This document shows, one piece after another, positions 15,266-20,000 of a stretch of DNA of 20,000 nucleotides; position 1 is the first letter of the stretch; each line of letters starts with the position of its first letter. The stretch is taken from IMG/VR virus record IMGVR_UViG_3300032070_000004. One strand, 5' to 3'. The notes below the pieces were generated by a model. That model ran no database searches, was not told the origin of the DNA, and saw only the letters and a list, made by a program, of their open reading frames with translations. The stretch comes from an uncultured virus (IMG/VR IMGVR_UViG_3300032070_000004) (taxonomy: Duplodnaviria > Heunggongvirae > Uroviricota > Caudoviricetes). Position numbers and translations under genes: made by a program.

Positions 15266-16795
15266 TTACCCGAATACCACGTGCCACACTGCGATTATCC
15301 ACGCCACAAACTTCTCCCACGGAGTCGATGTTGGGGTTGGGATTGGGGGTGGAGGTGGAGGTGGAGGTGGAGGTGGAGGTGGAGGTGGAGGTGGAGGTGG
15401 AGGTGGAGGTGGAGGTGGAGGTGGAGGTGGAGGTGGAGGTGGCGCAGTCGTGGTAATACTCGCTCGCGCGAAAGTTGCCCCACCTACATTACTTACATCA
15501 AGTTGAACTGTAAATTGTCCTACCGATTGGTAGTTGTGCGACGGAGCGATGAGAAAGGATAAATCGGACCCATCCCCAAAGTTCCATGTTCGTTTATCTA
15601 CAGTTCCATCTGACCTGTCGAAGAATTGCACCAGCAGAGGCACCTGCCCCGCAGTTGGAATCGCCTCAATCTTTGCAACCGGGGGTTCGACCGGAGGAGT
15701 TGGAGGTGCAGGTGGCACGATGATAATCTTGCTCTCTTCCGCGTCGAGAATGGTAAAGAACTCGATTGCCCCGACGTTGAAGTAGCTCCACGAGATACCT
15801 CCGATCTTCGCAGGCAGCTCGTCGCGCCACGAGTGGAGACAGTATAAATAGTTCGCATCGTACCCTACAAAACACAGGGCGTGCCCTCCCACCGTGTCAC
15901 CTTTGGGATCGGGAATGATTCCGGTTTTAGGATCTACCGACAGGTAATTCTCATATACCTCGATTGCACCGAGAACAAACCCATATTTTGCGATTGCGTC
16001 ACGTACGCCTTGCGCAGATGTAATTGATGCATATCCTGAAATCTTGTGTTTAAGAGCGAATTCAAATGCGCGCTCCTTGGTAATGGGGTGTTCGTCGGGG
16101 TATGGAGTTCGCCACGCTGTGATACCATCCTTCGAGAGATACCACTGGTCGTTGAGGCATATTCCTTCGTCTTTCCACGATGCCACGGAGCACGATACAT
16201 AGCTACCCGAGGGTTCGGTTACATTGCACTTGACACGTGATCGCCAATATGCGAACGCGGCTGCAAATGATTTTGGAAGGAGAATGTCGTAGTACGTGGT
16301 GCTGTTTGGATTCGCGGGATCAAACTTGACATTGAACTTGACATGCTGCCAGTCTGCATCGGTCGGAATATCTCCGGTGAGTTGAATATAGTTTATGTTA
16401 GCGCCGTATGCTTCTGCCTGACCCACGCACGTCCCCGTTTTTCCCTGTCCTTGGTGAACCACATGCTTGATGTGCGAGTTCATGTATGCTGGTGGGGTAA
16501 CGCTCGCCCCCTGCGCTCCTTGCGGTTTTCGATCCGATTTCTTTTTCTGGATGTCCTCGTACCTAATAGCTTTTCGTGATGCTTCTGGGAGTTTTGACTT
16601 CTTGGTATAGTGCAGAAGAAGGAATCGAGCTCGGTATACACCATTCTCCTCGATGATAAATCCTTTGAGTTTGTGTTCAATGAGTGTTTTCTTAAGGTCT
16701 TCTGGTGTCTCGTCGAGTATTCTTAATTTGATTTCCTCGAACGTTAATCCGTTCTGCTTTTCGAGTTCACGATAAATCTTCGTGGCAATTGTCAT
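15266..16795 (-). CDS. papain-like (C1) cysteine peptidase with N-terminal wHTH-like region, PKD domain and poly-Pro tail
   Basis: QG..GTCVG (Cys), GHALCFVGY (His), LHSW; PKD motif G.VPL.VQF.D.S...WNFGDG...H.Y...G.FTV.L.V.N. Confidence 0.85.
   Translation of the reverse strand: MTIATKIYRELEKQNGLTFEEIKLRILDETPEDLKKTLIEHKLKGFIIEENGVYRARFLLLHYTKKSKLPEASRKAIRYEDIQKKKSDRKPQGAQGASVTPPAYMNSHIKHVVHQGQGKTGTCVGQAEAYGANINYIQLTGDIPTDADWQHVKFNVKFDPANPNSTTYYDILLPKSFAAAFAYWRSRVKCNVTEPSGSYVSCSVASWKDEGICLNDQWYLSKDGITAWRTPYPDEHPITKERAFEFALKHKISGYASITSAQGVRDAIAKYGFVLGAIEVYENYLSVDPKTGIIPDPKGDTVGGHALCFVGYDANYLYCLHSWRDELPAKIGGISWSYFNVGAIEFFTILDAEESKIIIVPPAPPTPPVEPPVAKIEAIPTAGQVPLLVQFFDRSDGTVDKRTWNFGDGSDLSFLIAPSHNYQSVGQFTVQLDVSNVGGATFARASITTTAPPPPPPPPPPPPPPPPPPPPPPPPPPPPPPPPPIPTPTSTPWEKFVAWIIAVWHVVFG
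15344..15442 (-). repeat. (CCACCT)n microsatellite encoding 33 prolines
   Basis: GGTGGA repeats on the + strand, in frame within the peptidase. Confidence 0.95.
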
Positions 16796-16827
16796 GGACT
16801 AAAATAAGGAGAAATTTGTATATAAGG

Positions 16828-17526
16828 TTATCTGCCGGTTCCGCTGTTATAGACGTAATCACGTTCGTCGGTTGTGAGGACACGGCTCCAGACACGGAAC
16901 TGATCGATCATTCCTGCCCAGTGATAATAGTGGTTAGGGCTTTCTCCAAAAAAAAGTGTTCCATTTGAGAAGCTTGTGGAGACTGTAAAAGTAATTGGAG
17001 CACCACGATTTATAGTCATAAACCCTTGACCAGATCCGGTCCCAGTTCTTCCAATTTCGATATATTGCCAAGTGTTTGCTAAACTTGTGTACCATATCAC
17101 ACCACTATCCCCCACGGTTATCTGCCCAGTGTACGGGGGATTGTTATGATTAGTCCACATATAAAATTCATTAGATGCGAGATCGTCCATCAATATGGGT
17201 TCGTTGTGCCCCAGAACCGTATCATTCAACCAGAACGAATACATGAACGCTCCTGTACCAAACGCAAACGATGCGGGTTCAGCAACATAGGGATAATCGC
17301 CAGCCCCGGGAGAACCCCCGGTTCCCGGGATACTTACACAATTGCCTACTTTGCCCGCTGGATATGTAACCGTTCCATTTACTGAATAATTCGCGGAGTC
17401 TGCACTGTCGAGTAGAGGAGTTTCAAACGCATATTCGAGAATCATATTATTCCTCCACGTAGACGAGGGATCAGCAGCTCCCGATTTTATTCCCATCGTC
17501 CCCCGGCGTCTTCGAATTGTCGTCAT
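16828..17526 (-). CDS. LamG/ConA-like domain protein (probable virion/receptor-binding)
   Basis: F..SFW, NTWQYI, G.IDQFRVWSRVLT..E motifs. Confidence 0.8.
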   Translation of the reverse strand: MTTIRRRRGTMGIKSGAADPSSTWRNNMILEYAFETPLLDSADSANYSVNGTVTYPAGKVGNCVSIPGTGGSPGAGDYPYVAEPASFAFGTGAFMYSFWLNDTVLGHNEPILMDDLASNEFYMWTNHNNPPYTGQITVGDSGVIWYTSLANTWQYIEIGRTGTGSGQGFMTINRGAPITFTVSTSFSNGTLFFGESPNHYYHWAGMIDQFRVWSRVLTTDERDYVYNSGTGR

Positions 17527-18218
17527 TTGAATGTCAACTGGTAATCTGCAACATAAGTCAGCCCCGAGATACTTGTTGCTGCGGTTTGCCGCGCGATCTC
17601 AAATTGGTTAAATGCTCCTGCGATCACGGGAAGATTTGTCAGTGCACTTGATGTAAGTGCATCGACGTACGTAAGTGAACCGCTTGCGTAGTTTGCAGTC
17701 GTAGTTATGATACCAGACCACGCTCCACCAAGATTGCGGTGGAAGAGTGTATATGTTCCCACTTCTCCGCTTGTTGCAACCATCGGATGAGACCGTGATA
17801 TGATGCGATGCGCAATAGTTTCTACACCAATCGGTACAAAGATACCGAATCCAACACCTTGCCCCGACGCCATCGCAACTACGGAAATCGAGGGAGCCGA
17901 TGTATCGATTGCACTTGATGCAGTTGCCGTTGCACCAGCTTTCCAATCTGCCCCACTCACCAAATCAAAAGACGATGGGTTGAATTCAAAAATGGTCTGA
18001 ACGGAGCTTAAGGTCATGTAACTGGTAAGAGCAGTTGATACATCGTCGTGGGTTGCATAATCTCCGGATGCAGTTGCTTCGGCACCGATCAAGCTAATAC
18101 CGTCGTACTGGATAAACTGACCGGACGTTGCACTGTCTATATTCGCAAAGAACGCCGTTTCCCCGGAGGTGAAACCCGGTGGTGGGGATACGAGTTTACC
18201 ATCCCTGTATGTTGTCAT
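17523..18218 (-). CDS. Ser/Thr/Ala-rich probable virion protein
   Basis: Likely start MTTYRDG with GGAG SD; stop overlaps the LamG start. Confidence 0.6.
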   Translation of the reverse strand: MTTYRDGKLVSPPPGFTSGETAFFANIDSATSGQFIQYDGISLIGAEATASGDYATHDDVSTALTSYMTLSSVQTIFEFNPSSFDLVSGADWKAGATATASSAIDTSAPSISVVAMASGQGVGFGIFVPIGVETIAHRIISRSHPMVATSGEVGTYTLFHRNLGGAWSGIITTTANYASGSLTYVDALTSSALTNLPVIAGAFNQFEIARQTAATSISGLTYVADYQLTFK

Positions 18219-18278
18219 ATTTAACTCCGCATAGTAAATCGGCACTCGTGGATATAATGTTTTCGCCTGCGGCACCAT

Positions 18279-18316
18279 GACTCGCGAGGCGGGGCAATCC
18301 CCGCCTCGCGAGTCTC
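18279..18316. promoter_or_regulatory. palindromic pair of the GCCCCGC-N5-GAGTC(TC) motif between divergent genes
   Basis: GACTCGCGAGGCGGGG CAAT CCCCGCCTCGCGAGTC. Confidence 0.6.
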
Positions 18317-18438
18317 TACGCGCATCGGAGTATTTATATGTCCGCAAAGACCGAACAACGGAGTCCAATCCGAACGTATTTAAATCGAAAGGTTTAAATC
18401 TTCATAAAACAAACCTTATTACGGAATCCGAGGTTGAA

Positions 18439-18756
18439 ATGTGGGTTGTTGAAATGATCGGCATGAAACGCCGATCCGACACTACTTATTATGCGGGGTA
18501 TTCGTCATCCGGTGAGCTGGTTGAGTTCACGCTGCGCGCGGATGCCTTACCATCGGTTGTGGGCAAGATTCGCAAGGCTGTTGAAAACCGAAAATCGGTT
18601 GGTATCGATGTCAACGATGTCGAGAAACACCGCGCGATTCGATGGGCAATGAATCAGAGGGCATTGGAGCTCCTGTGGGCAAACGAGCCGGAGTTTCTAT
18701 CGGAGCCCGAATCAAAACCAGAGAAGCCAAAGAGAAAACGGCGGGTTAAAAAGTAA
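18439..18756 (+). CDS. hypothetical protein with basic tail
   Basis: GAGGT SD; BRE-TATA at 18387-18399. Confidence 0.65.
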   Translation: MWVVEMIGMKRRSDTTYYAGYSSSGELVEFTLRADALPSVVGKIRKAVENRKSVGIDVNDVEKHRAIRWAMNQRALELLWANEPEFLSEPESKPEKPKRKRRVKK

Positions 18757-18972
18757 TTATCCCCCGCCCGGGCACCGCTTGCACATCTTCTTCCCCATGC
18801 GGGAGGGGCAACGCGGATTAAGGTGAATGTTGGGCGTGATGATCTTCGATACTGCAAACAGACCTACCCCGAAGAGAATTCCATATACAACCGCGCGGAC
18901 CCCATTCTGCACGTTGAGTTCTGGAAGTACCATAGCTTGACCCGGAGCTGTCAACGTGATTATTTCTGCCAT
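18757..18972 (-). CDS. small TM protein with Cys cluster
   Basis: One TM segment; H...C.......C..C tail. Confidence 0.55.
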   Translation of the reverse strand: MAEIITLTAPGQAMVLPELNVQNGVRAVVYGILFGVGLFAVSKIITPNIHLNPRCPSRMGKKMCKRCPGGG

Positions 18973-19012
18973 GAAAAAGAATGTTATAAAACCTTGCCCC
19001 GCTGCGCGAGTC

Positions 19013-19390
19013 TCAATACAGCTTCAGGTGACCAACAATCTTGTTGATGTCCTCTACGCGCGCAGGTCCAATTCCCACGGCTGTCTTTGTCCCGGGTTCA
19101 AGCTGGGTGAGCCCGAAGTCTTCGATAATGCTGCAAGGAAGATGAACATGCACGGCGTTCAAAAAGATGCGTTCGAGTTCTTCCTTGCTGTTTACCGCGA
19201 GGACTACCTTGTGATACCCGGCGTCATCCCATTCATCAACTATCTGCGTTGGACAGTGTTTGGCTGCTAAGTTCGAAGCGTGGGCTGACTGCGCGCACGC
19301 TTTGCCGCATCCCATTTTCAGGTCTTTCCGAAGTATGATTGCCTGCTTGTACTTCGGTTTTTTCTCGTCTTCCACAATGTATCCCTTCAT
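19013..19390 (-). CDS. pth2: peptidyl-tRNA hydrolase Pth2
   Basis: KQAIILRKDLKMG.GKA.AQ.AHA, KVVL, D.GLTQL.PGT.TA.GIGP, L.LY. Confidence 0.95.
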   Translation of the reverse strand: MKGYIVEDEKKPKYKQAIILRKDLKMGCGKACAQSAHASNLAAKHCPTQIVDEWDDAGYHKVVLAVNSKEELERIFLNAVHVHLPCSIIEDFGLTQLEPGTKTAVGIGPARVEDINKIVGHLKLY

Positions 19391-19659
19391 TTCTTTCGCT
19401 CCTCGCGTTCAGCTCGCATCATGCACTCTACCTGCGCTTCCTGATATCTTGAGTAGAGGTGGAGACATATCATAGCTCCCACAAATCCAACCATGGCAAT
19501 TACCATGATACCTATCCATATCGTTTCGATGATTGGGAACATCATGAGGATTCCCGTACCGACGATTGCCAATGCGAGAACTATTGCAATGAGAATTACC
19601 ACCGTGAGTACGTCAATAGCAATCTTCTTTAATGTTACTTTTACTACACATAATTTCAT
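19387..19659 (-). CDS. membrane protein
   Basis: Two TM segments; ATGA overlaps at both ends. Confidence 0.65.
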   Translation of the reverse strand: MKLCVVKVTLKKIAIDVLTVVILIAIVLALAIVGTGILMMFPIIETIWIGIMVIAMVGFVGAMICLHLYSRYQEAQVECMMRAEREERKK

Positions 19660-20000
19660 AACTTCGACCTCTTGAAGAGATGGCACTTGCAGTGTCCATC
19701 TTTTTCTATATCTTCTACGTGCATTTCACATGGACAAATAATCGATTTGTCTTTCTCGGGGTCTCCGGTTCGCACGCGGCACGGGCAGTACCGGGCTCCG
19801 TATTCTAACTCGTTCGCATAAAGACCTTGCGCGACAAGTTTGGCTCGCTTAAGATCGACAGTGAACCCATGCTCCTTAGCATAGTTCTTTGCGTGTTCAA
19901 TTATAACTCGCTCCTCCGCGTATCTGCAATAGTTTGGAGAGAGTTCAAATCCTATATAGTTCCGCCCAGTTTCCACGGCGGCTACTGCGGTGGAGCCGCT
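19656..20000 (-). CDS. DNA N4/N6 methyltransferase C-terminus fused to a ferredoxin-thioredoxin reductase catalytic-like domain (5'-truncated by window)
   Basis: Frame open to the edge: SGSTAVAAVETGRNYIGFELSPNYC (SAM-binding region), then YCPCR, IICPC, GHCKCHLF. Confidence 0.8.
   Translation of the reverse strand, partial: SGSTAVAAVETGRNYIGFELSPNYCRYAEERVIIEHAKNYAKEHGFTVDLKRAKLVAQGLYANELEYGARYCPCRVRTGDPEKDKSIICPCEMHVEDIEKDGHCKCHLFKRSKL

Noticed and set aside
15249..15562. Poly-Gly, (WR)n and (HL)n ORFs
   Set aside because: Alternative frames of the poly-Pro microsatellite.
18219..18438. N-terminal extensions of ORFs 17523..18368 and 18277..18756
   Set aside because: Region holds TATA boxes and a palindrome; SD-supported starts are at 18218 and 18439.

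Overview
This window looks like part of a large archaeal virus or virus-like extrachromosomal element, probably of a methanogen. Supporting evidence: BRE/TATA promoters, GGTGA/GAGGT Shine-Dalgarno sites, a BHB tRNA intron, tRNA-Arg(GCG), Pth2, and PKD and FTR-like domains. The left part (1-13.1 kb, + strand) has many small accessory genes, a Cys-rich EGF-like protein, an MT-A70 methyltransferase, and an array of 12 tRNAs plus relics. It also holds a PD-(D/E)XK endonuclease, an R2K ATP-grasp protein, a SpoT/Mesh1-like HD hydrolase and a GT4 glycosyltransferase. The right part is mostly - strand: two paralogous protamine-like proteins, a putative lysis cassette (coiled-coil/TM protein, holin-like protein, papain-like protease-PKD-poly-Pro), LamG/virion-like proteins, Pth2, and a DNA methyltransferase fused to a ferredoxin-thioredoxin-reductase-like domain. 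Unexplained non-coding structure is abundant: a ~380-nt highly paired RNA candidate with its own promoter, three ~125-nt pseudoknot-headed units in the tRNA array, three modular GGYNN pentamer elements, a dispersed strand-biased 19-bp motif, and 26- and 51-bp perfect inverted repeats. All calls are by eye; no searches were run.
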